DNA of 64,000 bases, from contig MU058065.1 in the NCBI GenBank assembly GCA_013265495.1, positions 3,699,003 to 3,763,002 of the forward strand, given 5' to 3'. The notes under the pieces are model-generated. The model worked only from the letters and a program-made list of their open reading frames with translations. It did not search any database and had not been told where the DNA came from. The translations under genes were made by a program, and so were the position numbers. The stretch comes from Vicugna vicugna (lineage: Eukaryota). Positions 1 to 13,290 of the stretch are shown piece after piece (the stretch's first letter is position 1; each line of letters starts with the position of its first letter).

Positions 1-1743
1 CCCTCAGTCGCTTTCAGTTTGGAGACCACTGACATATTCTGCTCTTACAATTTCCACTTTTTGGAAAGTTTCACAAGACTGAAAGAAACTTCCAGAAACT
101 TTTTGCAAATAGAAACTAGATTATCCTTTCAGAACCAATTAAGACAAACAACGGTGACACTAGAGAAGTTTACTTAGCAACACAACAATCATCAAGCTGG
201 AATGATTTAATCATCTCCACCGAAAATGGAAATGAGAATAATGACCCAGCCTCAATTTTCAGAAATGTTTAAGTGCATAAACACATGTCTTTTGGGGCTG
301 CAGTTTTCCAGCAATCTTTTTCTCTTTCTTACCCACCTGTGCAACAGTAGGGATTAGTCGAAAACTTTCAATTACACATCATACCCCATGCATGCCGTGT
401 GGGAAATGCACCATATAAAAAACACAATTTCTAGCTTTCCAAACAGACATGAAAAGGGATATTACACAGGGTGGTTCTGGAGTGGACATAATGGTTACGG
501 ATGCACGGAGAATTGCGGATGCTGAAATGAACAGAGAGAAAACCGGCTTGGGACGAGTGAGAAAGGGTTTTGGAGGTGGTCCTTGAATGGCCGGCTGGTT
601 GAGTGAGGCATTCTGTAATACTCTTCCATGAGTTCCTCCCATAATGTGTACTGATTTTTGGTTTTAAATATTTGGCTTTCAGCGGCAAAAAGAAATTTCT
701 ATACAGTATTGTGCTTCAGTGATACTGAGGTTGTTTGACCCCTAAGGAAAAATGGCAGCTAATAAAGATCTCCTAGAAGAAGCTTTTCCTGTGAAGCTGT
801 AAGTTGACTTGAAAAGTCTAACCATCATTAAGTTGGAACCATTTTGGAGATAGAAGTGCAGTATTTTCAGAAATTTTACTTGGTTTTCAAATATTTCAAC
901 ATTTCTTTCAATTATGAAGATACGTAAGAATGGAAAGAGTTTCCAAAAGCCTTGGATTTTCTCATAAATATTTCACATGGCAACAGCATATTTTTCTTTC
1001 TCTGGGGCTCCTGGCAAAACTTTTCAGTCCCTAGAAAATAAAGGGGAGGCTAAAAATATTGCGGTAATGCCTTCTCTGGCTGTGTAGGTCGATGAGTCCT
1101 AATCCAGGCCATTTCTGATAGCAGGAGCCCCCAGATGAATGTCTTTTTGGTTGGAGATTGAATTTTCATCCCTTGATCTGGCACCTCCCAGTCTGCTGGC
1201 TGGGACTCTTTCCTGTGCACCTGCAAGAATGCTCAAGGAAGCAATTCACAGTTGTTCTTGGACTTCTTGGAGAATTCACAACAGCCTGACTTTAAAAACA
1301 TGGATGCTGGAGCACTGCCTGATTGTGCAATGTTTTTGAGGTGTTATGATATGCTTTGCAAGGCCTACATTTTAGACACAGAAATAAACATTTTGAAATT
1401 GAGCAGTTCATAGGTAGAAAGCAGATATTTGAAAAACTGTAATAAAAAGTTAAAAGTAAGTGGATGTGTTGGGAATTATATCTTAGACTGTCTTCTTTTA
1501 TGATTTGCAAAAAAATAAAAATAGAAGGCTTAAGAGAAAAGCAGTGCAAATGCATTTATACAGTTTTTCCAGCAGATGTCTTTACAGTCAATTCAACTTA
1601 AATAAAGTCATGCATGTTTGATTGAAAAATAGTTCAGTACACCTGGGAAGGATGTGTTCTTCCTAGGAGTACGTATCTTTGGGAGAGGTGCACATGGGAC
1701 AGAGGAGGGAGAAGGTGATAATCATCTGCAGTGAGACAATCAT

Positions 1744-3595
1744 TGGTGTGGACGGCTTGGCTGATTGGCTCCCCAACACCCACTTCACCTCTCCCCCACT
1801 GTATAGCTGCATTTAGTTTGTGTGGTGTTGATCCTCAGCTCTAGCTTATTGGCTGGACCTTGAAGGGCATGACCCTAGAGTAATTCTGCCCCATTGACTG
1901 CTACAGTGAGTGGCTCACAAGTGAGCATGTGGTCAGTAGAGTGAAGTTTAGGTCTTTTGTTTAACAGTTGCAGAACCAGAAGCATTCTTTCTTCTAAATG
2001 GGTGGTCTATGGTTGTAAGGCCTGGCTTTGCCATCGTCATTTTCCTACCATGAGGAAGGAAGTCAACTTGAATATAACCCAACTAGGACTAAGCCAACCA
2101 ACGTATAAATTATTTTTTTGGTCACTGGGACACATGATAAGAGAGAAGATGATGACTTTTGTTCAGTGATTGGGAGGATGTAAGTTCTAACTTCTTGTGA
2201 GTGATATGGTTTGAGAATCTGAGGCTATTTTGCTATACGGAGGAAGGTGACCTGAAGACAGAGTCAGCACATGGAGGAGACAGAGTCTGAACAACTGTAG
2301 AGAAATGGTACTGAAACCTTGATCAAACCTGTCCTGAAGATTTTTTTTAATTGAAATATATTTGACATACAATATTATATTAGTTTCATGGGTACAACAT
2401 AGGGATTCAACACTTGTATACACTGTGAAATGATCACTGCAATAAGGTTAATTACCTTCTGTTACCATACAAGATTAATACAATGTTATTGACTTATTTC
2501 TCATACTGTACATTACATCCACGTGACTTATTTTATAACTGGGAGTTCGTACTTCTTAAATTCTTTCACTCATTTTTGCACTCCTGAACTTTCCTCCCTT
2601 CTGGCAAACAATAGTTTGTTCCCTGTATCTATGAATCTGGGTTTTATTTTGTTTGTTTGTTTGTTTTATTTTTTAGATTCCACATATAAGTGAAATCATG
2701 CAGTATTTGCTTTTCTCTGTATTATTTCATTTAACATAACGCTCTCAGGTTCCATCCGTTTTGTTGCAAATGGCAAGATTTCTCTCTTTTTATAGCTGAG
2801 TAGTATTCCACTGTGTGTGTGTGTAGATATATATATACATATCTATGCCACATCTTCTTTATCCATTCATACCTTGATGGACACAGATTGTTTCCATGTC
2901 TTGGCTATTATAAATATACCCCAGTGAAGACGGAGGTGCATATATCTTTTTGAATTATTGTTTTGTTTTCTTCCAATAGATACTAATAGAAATAGAATTG
3001 CTGGATCGTATGATAGTTCTGTTTTTAATTTTTTGAGGAACCTCCATACTGTTTCCATAGTGGTTGCACCAATTTACACACTCACCAACAGTGCATGAGG
3101 TCTCCCTTTTCTCCACATCTCTGCTAATACTTATTTCTTGTCTTTTTGATAATAGCCATTTTGACAAGTGTGGGGTGATATTTCATTATAGTTTTAATTT
3201 GCATTTCCCTGGTGATTAGTAATGTTGAGCATCTTCTTGTACGCCTGTTGGCCATCTGTGTGTCTTCTTTGGAAAAATGTCTATTCAGATCCTGTGCTAT
3301 TTTTTTTAACTGAGATTTTCATTTGTTTGTTTGAGTTGTGTAGTTCTTTACATATTTTGGCTATTAACCCTTTATCAAATATATGATTTGCAAAGATCAC
3401 CTCCTAGTCAGTTGATTGCCTTCTTATCTCATTGATTGTTTCCTTTGCTGTGCTGAAGTTTTTTAATTTGATGTGGTGTCCTGAAGATTCTTGCTATTCT
3501 CAACTTGGAGTTTTGTAAGCCAGTATTTTCTGTCCCAAATAAATGAATTGGTTGAGTTGGAAACATGAGTTGATTTAAACGAACCTGAATCAATA
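1744..3595 (+). mobile_element. Old MaLR LTR (MLT1J/K-like), interrupted by the L1 at 2343-3476
   Basis: MLT1-type motifs on both sides of the L1 (tggctccccaacacccac, gtgagcatgtggtc, aataaa...gagttgg); the sequence rejoins across the L1 TSD. Confidence 0.55.
2343..3476 (-). mobile_element. 5'-truncated L1 (ORF2 3' end plus 3'UTR, L1MA9-like) with 13-bp TSD
   Basis: ORF 2867..3058 (METVWRFLKKLKTELSYDPAI) is the L1 ORF2 C-terminus; poly-T at the left end; perfect TSD tgtcctgaagatt at 2330-2342 and 3477-3489. Confidence 0.92.
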
Positions 3596-4811
3596 TTACT
3601 CCCTAAAGAAGAGTTAACACACTGTACTGTCATATGCTATCATGCAGACAAAAAGATACATTACTTTTTTAGGTATCCTAAAAAGAACATTAACCTGTAA
3701 ATGACAAAGAATAGTAAAACATGCAAATTTAAATCTACACCTTCACTATGTAGGTCAAATGTCACAGTCACTTAGTTTCAACTGATTTACTGGAGAAAAC
3801 ACAAAAGCATGTAATAAGAATCAGATGTACTACAAGTTGCACATAACTAATTGGGTTCAACAAAATCTTGGAGATGTTTCTGCCTGTTTTTTTGAGCAAT
3901 CCAACCATTTAGTCAAAATAGAAACTGTCTTCTTTCAATTCAGAGTAACAAATGAAAAATATACAGTACAACATAAGAAAACAATGCAATTTCGTTCAAT
4001 TAAAAGACACACACACATACCAAGAAAACTACAAACATAAATACACAAGCACACAGAAAAAATTATACAATGACACACACAGAAGTAATTTACCCAAACA
4101 CAAAATACCAATCTTACATGCTGAATTCCATGGGCACCAATACAGTAAGAAAGAGTATCTGTCTTAAGGCAATGATTACAATTTGCTCTAAAGTGACAGC
4201 CCAGATAATTAAAATACCCAGTGGTTCTTAAATTTATGATACTTTAATATTTACATGTATTTCCCTTCTTTAAAAAAACTAAGGACAAAGCCGTTACAAA
4301 AAATTATTCAGGAATAATCCTAATGTAAAACTAATGGAATTAGAAAGTGCCTTGAACTTCAATTTTTTTGTTGTTTTCACTCTAAGACTGCAGGGCAGGG
4401 AGAATAAAGGAGGAGGAGGAAGAAGACAGAAGGCTCCGTAAGGGTAAGAAAGAGCGAAGAAAAAGGAAGAGGAAGAGAATAAGAACTAGGATTGTTACTT
4501 AGCAAATGAGTAATGGATAAATTAGAGGGTCAGAGGGAAGTGCATAAGTAATAGTTTCAGGATCTTTAAGCGCCATCATCAACATCATTATTATCATCAA
4601 CCAACCCATCAGTTTTGCTACGGTCATGCTTGTGTTAAAAAGTCATTTGAGCCGGTCACATCAGTTTTGTTAATAATCAGTTATCTTGATTTAAAAAAAC
4701 TTAAAAGTTTTTGCAATTGCAAGAGCAAAACCAAAAATTGTTCTGAATATAACTGTAGTAACCACTTCACTCACAGCCCCATCTAAGGGAAAAATGCCCT
4801 GCACATAGTGC

Positions 4812-5400
4812 CTGTTGGATTGGTGATCATATTTTATACCTTGTTTATCTAAGCCCTGTGCTCACAGGTTATTAAACCAGATACGGGCATCAGATTTCAG
4901 GGTAGCAAAACCGTAACTCTCCAGCAAATCTGAGCATGACCTGGTGCTAGGAGACAAACTGGACCAAGCAGATTTTCCATCTCAGGGACTGAAATTAAGA
5001 AAGACAAAGGGATCTGCCAGTTGACAATAGAGCAGAAGCTGAAAAGTTTCCTTGAAGTCAATTTGAGGCAAAGCCATGTGAAGCCAGAAGTATGAAGAAG
5101 CAGACATTTGGAGGAAGGACGGAAGGAAGCTGACTGGGGAGTGTATAGAGTTCTGTAGGGTCATAAATAAAGCTTAGTCATATTGATAGAACATAAAGAA
5201 CCACAAACTCCCCCTTGCTGGCATCCTTGGAGATACTGTTATCCCCCAGTTCTTTCTGAGATGGGACTCTGTAACAACTCCTGTTTTGTGAGAGAACTAA
5301 TTCTCCCGGTGATGCCAAGTGTGTTTTTGTAATAAACCCCTATTACTTGAGCTGACTTGAGTCTGTCTCTCTTACCGCAAACGAGGAGCTGGCTGACATA
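4812..5400 (+). mobile_element. Old MaLR LTR (MLT1M/N-like)
   Basis: 3' end aataaacccctattacttgagctgacttgagt...ctgaca resembles late-MLT1 U5. Confidence 0.55.
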
Positions 5401-5424
5401 CTTCTTAAATCATTTAGGGCATTT

Positions 5425-5600
5425 CTGTCTCTAAGCCTTTGAGTACATACAAGAATTAGCTAGGGAGCTTGTCAGAAATACAGTTTCTTGGACAGAAGTG
5501 GAGATTCTGATTCAATGGTATGGAGAAAGCCCTGGAGTCTTTTTCTTTTCCTTTTTTTCCTGAGGTAGCTGTCAGGGGACTGGTATTTGGGAACCACTGC
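5425..5600. mobile_element. MER5-like hAT-Charlie MITE
   Basis: gggagcttgtcagaaatacag...gagattctgattc...tttgggaaccactg. Confidence 0.6.
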
Positions 5601-5805
5601 ATTAGTTCATTCTGCCCTTTGCTTGGAATCCTCTCACCCTGTGGTCCTCAAACCTTCTGGTCTCAGGACCCTTTTTTCGCTCTAAAAATTATTGAGGACG
5701 CAAAGAGCTTTTGTTTTTGTGCTTGATATGTATCAGTATTTATCATATTATAAGTTAAAATTGGGAAATTAAAAATATTTTTATAGATTCATTAAAAATG
5801 ATACT

Positions 5806-6050
5806 AACTAATGCATATAAAATAGATAAACAAGTTTATACTGTGTGGCACAGGGAACTATATTCAATATCTTGTAGTAAGTTACTGTGAAAAAGAAGAT
5901 GAAAATGAATATATGCATGTTCCTATATGACTGAAGCATTGTGCTGTACACCAGGAATTGACACAGTGTTGTAAACTGACTATACTTCAATTAAAATATA
6001 TATATATATATATACACACACATATACATACAGTTTAAAAAAAAACAAAA
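5806..6050 (+). mobile_element. Short L1 3' end (camelid/cetartiodactyl type)
   Basis: cacagggaactatattcaatatcttgta...gctgtacaccaggaattgacacagtgttgtaaactgactatacttcaattaaa followed by a (TA)/(CA)/A tail. Confidence 0.85.
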
Positions 6051-6068
6051 AAATAGTAAACTGAGTGA

Positions 6069-6475
6069 CTGTTGTTAGTTTCCTGGAGCTGCCGTAACAA
6101 AGTGAGTGGTTGAACAACAGGAATTTGTTTTCTCACAGAATGGGAGACTGAAAGTCTGAAATCCAGGTGTGGGTGAGGTTGGTTTCTTCTAAGGGCTATG
6201 AGGACGAGTCTGTTCCATGTTTTTAACTTCTGGGAGGCCCAGGTGTTCCTTGGTTTGCAGATGATATTCTCCCTACATTTGTAGGAAATGAAAGAAAGGC
6301 AAGTATCTGTCTGTCTCTGTGTCCAAATTTCTTCTTTTTATCAGGACACCAGTCATATCAGTTTTGGGTCCACTCTAATGATCTCATCTTAACTTGATCA
6401 TCTGCAAAGATCCTGTTTTCAAGTAAGATCACCATCACAGGTGTTGGGGGTTAGGACTTTTTGGGAGATACATTT
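6069..6475 (-). mobile_element. MLT1C/D-like MaLR LTR
   Basis: tgttagtttcctggagctgccgtaacaaa...ttctcacag...gggttaggac typical of MLT1 in reverse. Confidence 0.8.
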
Positions 6476-7416
6476 TAATATTTTTGTGAAAATAACTATA
6501 TTTTCCAATATAAAAAATTCAATGAGAAGATGGGCATTATTTTACATTTTTATAAATCTCTTTCATATCTGGTTTAATAGAAGACAAACAAATTTATCTT
6601 CCTAATTTGCTGGGATACTTTGTTTCAGTTGAAGTATATGGAGAAAATCTGATCTCACACAAAAATATAATTGGAAAAAGGAGAGTTATTTAAAAAGCAT
6701 TTTCAAATAATTGTGCATAATTTTCTATGATACCATACTAAAACTTGACAAATCATAATTTCGTAAAGGCTATTGTTCCCTATTGTTATTGTGGAATTTG
6801 AAACCATATTAATAAACTTTTCATACCTTGTTACATCAAAATTCATTGGTATCTCTTGCAACTTGAAGGGTTCTTTTATCCACACATGATTTTGTAACAT
6901 TATGCACTGGTCCTTTAAAAAATATTGATTCCCTGAATTGTAGATCTTCAAAATGTGCAGTGGAAAACTCCACTGCACCCTTATGAGAGAATGAGAAAAA
7001 ATGGCATATACTGCCTTAGTATTCTTTTGAAAATTATTTTTTACCTCTTGGATTATCTGACAGGGTTTCAGGGACTCTCATAGGTCCCCAGGCCACACTT
7101 TGAGAACTTTTTGATCTAATTCATTCTTCAGGAAATTCTCTTAACATTTCAAGTCCAGCCTTAAATTCTCTTCTGCGTGGTATCTTAACTGATTCCCCAA
7201 TGTAGATAGAATTACATCTTCCTTTGTATGGCTCTATGTTTATGCACTCACTGTATGGACCCACGTGAGCTCAGGGGACTGAATCTTACACACATTTTTA
7301 TCGCTGTAGGTAAAGAACACAGTGCCTTAAGACATTCTTTCTGACTTGAACTTAATGAAATTCATTATGTTGTTTTTATGCAGAATAACTTTCACTAATC
7401 AAGGGACTCAGTTTTA

Positions 7417-8063
7417 CTTTTTATTTAATTTTTGTGTTTTATTTTATTTTTCCCCATTTTTAAATTGAAGTATAGTTGGTTTACAATGTATTAATTTCTG
7501 GTGTACAGCATAGTAATTCAGTTATATACACACACACATATATATATATATATATATTCTTCATTGCAGGTTACTATGAGCATTGCACGTAGTTTCCTGT
7601 GCTATACAGTAGAATCTTGTTGTTTATCTGTTCTGTACTTAGTAGTTTGTACCTGCTAATCCCAAACTCCCAATTTATTCCTCCCTCCCCCTTTCCCCTG
7701 CTGGTAACCATTAGTTTGTTTTCTATGTCTGTGTGTCTCTTTCTGTTTTGTAAATAAGTTTGTTTCTGTCATTTTTTTAGTTTCCACTTATAAGTGCTAT
7801 AATACATTTTTCTTTCTCTGACTGACTTACTTCACTTAGTATGACAATCTCCAGGTCCATCCATGTTGCTGCCACTGACATTATTTCATTCCTTTTTATG
7901 ACTGAGTAGTACTCCATTGCATATATATACCACCTTTCCTTTCGCCATTCATCTGTATATGGACATTTAGGTTGCTTCCATGTCTTGGGTACTGTAAAAA
8001 GTGCTGTTATGAACATTGGGGTGAATGTATCTTTTCAAATTAGAGTTTTCTCCTGATAACTGA
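7417..8063 (-). mobile_element. 5'-truncated L1 with diverged ~17-bp TSD
   Basis: ORF 7777..8016 ([19 protein letters not shown]) is the L1 ORF2 end; TSD caagggactcagtttta (7400-7416) / caagagacccagtttta (8064-8080). Confidence 0.9.
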
Positions 8064-8589
8064 CAAGAGACCCAGTTTTAATAGTTGCTATTTCCATTGT
8101 TTATCATAATGCAGACTTTCTCATCAATTAAAAAAAATTTGACTTTCCTACTCTGAGATAGGAAATAGTTTATAAAAATAAGTTAGTCACATTTGTTTTC
8201 TTAAAATTCCATAGATATACCATTAAGCTTTTATTTGTGCCTTTTCTCTGTCTAGATTGCTGTCTGCCTAGCAAATTTCTTCTCATCCTTCATGATGTAA
8301 ATCAAAAGTTACATCCCCTGATTCCCTGAGACACACTGTTCATCACCTAAAGTAATTTTACTCATGCTGTATTGTGCTCCAAAGTCCTTCTGCAGTTTTC
8401 TCTTAAAGGAATCTTTCAAAGATGTCCAAATGGCACATAGAAAGTGGGCTCTATTTCTCACTTGTGTTGTGTAGTTGGTAAGGTCAGGAGTGCTGTGCCA
8501 TCACTCATATCTACATAGTAGAAAAGAGGATAGAGTCTTGGTTGGGGTATCCCCAGCCATTGTAACAAATGATGAATCATGTTTTCAGT

Positions 8590-9213
8590 CAGACCCCCAC
8601 TGGTTTCCAGAGAAAGTCAACTCTTCTTCAATTCAAATGGGGCACTTATTTATGAGTGTATATTGGGTGGAGTTGAAAAGCAGCTGCACCACAAGCCTCA
8701 GGCGTACAAGAACGCAGGGCTTCTCCAGGGAATTCAGAGATTAGATCTGGGACTGGAATGCTTTCAGAACTCCATGACTCACCTTCATTTCTTTCTGCAG
8801 ACCGGCTTTCTCCATGAAGCTAGAACAGTGACTGCTACCAGCATTTCCTGGCAGCATAACTTACCGGCATTGCCATCTACAAGGAAGGGACTTTCCTCCA
8901 AGAAATAGCTGAAAAATTTCAGTACCATCAGATATCTTTGTTTTGGATTATCTGCCCAATTCTTGGACAAATTTTTATGACCAGGAGGGTAAAAAATTAG
9001 ACTTGGTTTAGATTGGGTCATCATAGACCAATCTTAAGGACAATTACTGTGTCCAGGGAAGGGGTTCATGAAAGATGGCAGCAATCCTTTGAACCTAATT
9101 ATTGCAACCAGGGAATGAAGGAGTGGGGAGAAATGGTCCCCAAAAGATGACAAGTTCTGTTTTCAGGACAGAAAACAGATCCTAGATGGACTAATCATTA
9201 CATGTCTACCACA
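8590..9213 (-). mobile_element. Old MaLR LTR (MLT1K/L-like)
   Basis: gcagaccggctttctcca, gattgggtca, terminal atgtctaccaca. Confidence 0.55.
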
Positions 9214-9649
9214 ATAACTGTCTGGTCTGTCTTTACAAAATCCCTTGTGCAAACATTTGAAACTACTGTATTAGCCAGCCACGGCCAATTTAATCATGTT
9301 TTATGGTTTGGAGTAGTGATATCAATTAATATCTGTGGCTGAATGAACTTAGTTATTTAATAATTGCATTTTAATATTTCAGGTTACATGCCTTCCTAGT
9401 ATTGCAAATCAGCACTTCACAGGAAACTGTTTGTTATTATTTTCCTGTGGTGAATAATGTGATGAAATTACATGGGTACTACTGGGTTTTGCACAGAATT
9501 GGCATTCCCATTAATTTCCACCAGTTTCCCCAGGGCTAGTCTGGATCTGCTATATAACGTGGTCTTCCCAGGCTAGCTGTCAACCTGATGAGACCTTCAA
9601 GAGGCCTGAACAGGTGACCCAGAGCCACTGTGCCACTCAGAGGACTTTG

Positions 9650-10960
9650 AGTCTGCACTTGACTACCAAGATAGAGTACTGTGTGGCAGTCAGGGTAAGA
9701 GCGTCACGAAAGAAAGAGTAAACTGGATATGCCTCTAAGACGACATAACATTTGACGCCTGTTTGTTAGATTTGACAAATAGAAAGTCACTGGTGATCGT
9801 GTCAGGGTGTGGAGGTGGTGGGGCAGTGAGACAGAAGAGCAAATGTGAACTGAGGAAGTGGGTTGTCTAGAGACCCTTCATACTGGCCTCACCCAGGTGC
9901 TTGTCAGATGCTCAGACTCTCAGGCTCCATCCTAGACCTATTGGATCATAACTCTCATTTGAATAAGACACCCATAAATTAAAGTGGAGAGTCTAGACCA
10001 TTTCTTCTAGGAAACTATGTGGGAACAGAAGGAGGAGATTAGAAGATAGCTGGGGGGAAGCAGAAGGGAATTTTTTAATGTGAGGCACTTGACAGTCTGT
10101 GAGGAAGACATCAGTTGAAAGGGGAAGGTTGAAAATAAAGGATAAAGAAAAAAATGACCAGTGGAGAAGGACATAAGGGGTGAGATCAAGAAGAACTTAG
10201 GTGGAGAAAACAGCCTTATCTAAGAGGAGGGCTATGTCTCGCTTCAGCCTGGGAAAGAGAAAATGTTGGTTTTGTAGACATAGATTTTTAGGTAGGGGGC
10301 TGAGGGTTGAGGATGTATATGTTCAACAGCTTCATTTTTTCCCCCCTCTATAAAGTCGGAGGCATAAGAACCTTCTTAAAGAGAGGAATGAATTGATTGA
10401 AACGCAAGTGGTTAAAATGAAGGTTCATGGAAGCTGGGCTAGGCAGGAAAGTATGTCTCCATGAATGTGAAGAAGTAGAATGAAAGGGAAGGACTGAGAA
10501 ACTGGAACATTTAATGAAAGTCGTTTAATGAGGTCAAGAGAGTGTGGTCAAGGCTTGATATATTGGAGTTAAACATACAAGAAGTGAAGCAGTTCAGGAC
10601 AATGACAAAGTCTTGGGGGTGGCCATGGGAATGAGTGGTTGGTGAGCAAAAACAGACAACAGATTGTTGGAGTCATGATGATTAGAGAATTTTGAGCAGA
10701 GTGTCATACAAACAGTCAAGGTGGATGCTCAGGTCATCCATGGTGACAGTCAGATGGAGACAAATGTCTGAGAGATGGATTTGGACCTCAGAGTTCTCAA
10801 GGGGAGATCCACTGTGACTGCCAGGAGAAAGGCACAGAGGATGGAATAGGGAGATGAGTGGAACCTCAACAAAGTGAAGATTTTGCGTGATGGTTTAAAA
10901 GGAGCAATGGCAAGCAAGCAAGCAACTTCATGACAGTAATTCTCAGTCCTGACTGTGGGA
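9650..10960 (-). mobile_element. L2 LINE fragments, with a MER5-like insert at about 9870-9985
   Basis: Purine-rich L2-antisense motifs (ttgacaaatagaaagtcactggtgatc; gtggatgctcaggtcatccatggtgac). Confidence 0.6.
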
Positions 10961-11329
10961 AGGAGTGGGGATGCCAGGAAGGGAGAGCGCAACTTGTTCC
11001 ATGCTGCTCCCGCTCCACCAGGTCCTGCCGCGAGCTCTAGTCTGGCTGCCTGCAAGTCACACTGCTCCCCCTCCTACCCTGTCAGTCCTTCCAGTATCAC
11101 TGGCAGGCACTGGGCTGAGTGGCTCCTCATCTGCAGCCTCCATGCTTGTTTCAACCATGCAACCTCAAGACCCATGGTCTGCGACGGGACCTGGATGGCC
11201 AGTGAGAACTCCAGTGTGAGAAAGATGCTCTGTCAGTGTTGAACCTCTTCATTCCCTTTTCTTCCTTCTCCTTATGAGTTTTGTAGACTTGAAAGTGGCG
11301 TTCATGAAGGTGGGGAGATGTGGGGGTCA

Positions 11330-11690
11330 GAGGGTTGTGAGAAAGAATCTGCTGGGAGAAGCATCTGGAGACTGGCCAGAGACCTAGAGAGGTGACATTT
11401 GACTGCCAGGATTTATAAAACAGAGGAAGCGCTGGCGGCTTTGAGCCTAGGGAGTGACAGGATCAGTTTCATATTTGGCAAAAATAATTCTACAGGCAGC
11501 TGGAAGATGGCTTGGCAGGCAAGAGATTAGGAACCAGCAGATGAGTTAATATTTGATGCTTAGGACTGATTAAAGTAAAGTGAGATCTGGATCAGAGAAA
11601 TAGTTGGAAAGCAGTTTTAAGTCATTTAGGCGCATGACTTAAGTCAGTGGGGGTCAACACTGGGGAGAGCAAGGAAAGAAAATGTGAGGG
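11330..11690 (-). mobile_element. L2 fragment
   Basis: ggagtgacaggatcagtttcatattt...aataattctacaggcagc typical of L2 antisense. Confidence 0.55.
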
Positions 11691-12116
11691 CTAGTTTTCC
11701 TTGCAAATATGGAATTCAAATTGCATTACAATTATCTTATGACCTGATTACTTATCTTTTTTTTTAACAATTATTCTTCTTTGAATTCTTCCAATTGCTT
11801 TTGTTTATATAGTTCTATTTAGCGCACAAGGAAACTCCAGCTAAAGTTGCATCCTAGATTTTACAGCAGAGCCTACGATTTAATGCACTTTGAGTTGTGA
11901 GGTAAGCAAGGCTATTAAAAATATTTTTCCTGTAGAATAAATCCTGTATTCTTGTATTCTTCAGCTCTCTGTTTCTAGGCATACCCAGACACTTCTATTA
12001 CTTATTGCTGGTTTCTGAACTTGTCTAAAACAAACTATGAGGATGTGTATCTGTCAATATTACTGTTATGGTGATTTAAACAGGGAGGAAGGGATGAGGT
12101 GAGGGAGAAAAGAATT

Positions 12117-12149
12117 GTGTGTATGTGTGTGTTTGTGTGTGTGTGTGTG
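12117..12149. repeat. Imperfect (TG)n microsatellite
   Basis: Direct inspection. Confidence 0.85.
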
Positions 12150-12599
12150 CTATAAATGAGACCTTGCTAAGACACAAATATCTGGATTTACTTACTGGTT
12201 ATTTGCTTCTTGGTGAAATTTCACCTGAGTGATGCAATTTTACTAGTTAGACCTTTGGTTTGCAATCATTAATTAAGTGCATGTTCTTGAAAGAGAGGCA
12301 CGTAATACTATTAGTAAAGGCACTTGGTTATAAACCCAGATCTGCCTTAATTTCTTTTAAAAATGGTGGGAGCAAGGCGAGAATTTTCTTTCTCTTTACT
12401 CCTTAAGTGAAGCCAAGTAAAATACTTTTGGAGAAATGTACTTTGAGTGATGTACTAGTTTCTGATGTACAGCATACACCACTTCAATTAAAAAAACTTT
12501 TAAAAAGAATGCAGAATTAGAATATAGCATTGGAATGTATAATATGTTATATTCAGATGCAATAAAGTATTAGAATATATTTTAAAAAGAGTGACTACG

Positions 12600-12840
12600 T
12601 TATGGAAAGGTAGAGTATGATAGCTGATAACTAGGGTCAGACGGTCTCAGTTAAGGTTCCAACTGCCTGCTTCCTTAAGCAAGTTATTTGTCCTTTTAAG
12701 CATCATTAACTTCATTTGTAAAATGAAATGTGAAATAGCATAATTTACCCTAGAGCTGATAGGAGGAGTAAAGGAGATAATATCTACCAAGCTTTGCCAA
12801 GACACCTTCCTTGTAGAAACTGTTCAGTATTATTAGTTTC
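12600..12840 (+). mobile_element. MIR SINE
   Basis: ccttaagcaagttattt...ttcatttgtaaaatg core. Confidence 0.6.
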
Positions 12841-13084
12841 TCAGATACACCTCTTCACAGAGATCTGCAGAGTTTTCAGTAAGGAAAAATTATTTTTCTA
12901 TTCAAACCAATAATGCTGTAACTAGGAGGTATGAAAGAATTGGGGGCAAGATATGAAATGAAGATATTTCTAGATACAAGAGTCAGAAAATTATTGCAGG
13001 CAAAAAGAAAAAAAAGGACAAACAAAATTGACAGTAATGAAAATGCTGGAAAGTGAGAAATAAATGTAAGTCATGAGCAATATG

Positions 13085-13290
13085 ACACAATGGGAAGAAC
13101 GAGGGGTCAGCAGATCGAGCTCCAAGATCACCTAAGTGACCTCAGCAAGTCACTGGCTCTCTTTGGGCCTCAGTTTTATCATAAGTAAGATAGGGATCAT
13201 ATTTCCTGACTTGCCTGATGCAGAAGGTTAATGTGAAATCAGATGGGAAATAATGAGAGTGTGAAAGTGCTTTGTAAATATAAAGGGAAG
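13085..13290 (+). mobile_element. MIR/MIR3 SINE
   Basis: gtgacctcagcaagtcact...gggcctcagtttt...gtgaaagtgctttgtaaa. Confidence 0.7.

Larger units (their letters stand above)
5639..7108 (-). mobile_element. Charlie1 (hAT) internal-deletion derivative carrying nested L1 and MLT1 insertions
   Basis: Both ends recognisable (gtggtcctcaaaccttctggtctcaggaccc; ccacactttgagaact); ORF 6703..6978 (QCIMLQNHVWIKEPF) resembles the hAT transposase C-terminal region. Confidence 0.75.

Noticed and set aside
379..688. ORFs 379..642 and 431..688 as protein-coding genes
   Set aside because: No recognisable domain; lengths are within the chance range
4395..4490. Purine-rich tract resembling an acidic/lysine-rich coding exon
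   Set aside because: Simple GA-rich low complexity with no splice context or ORF
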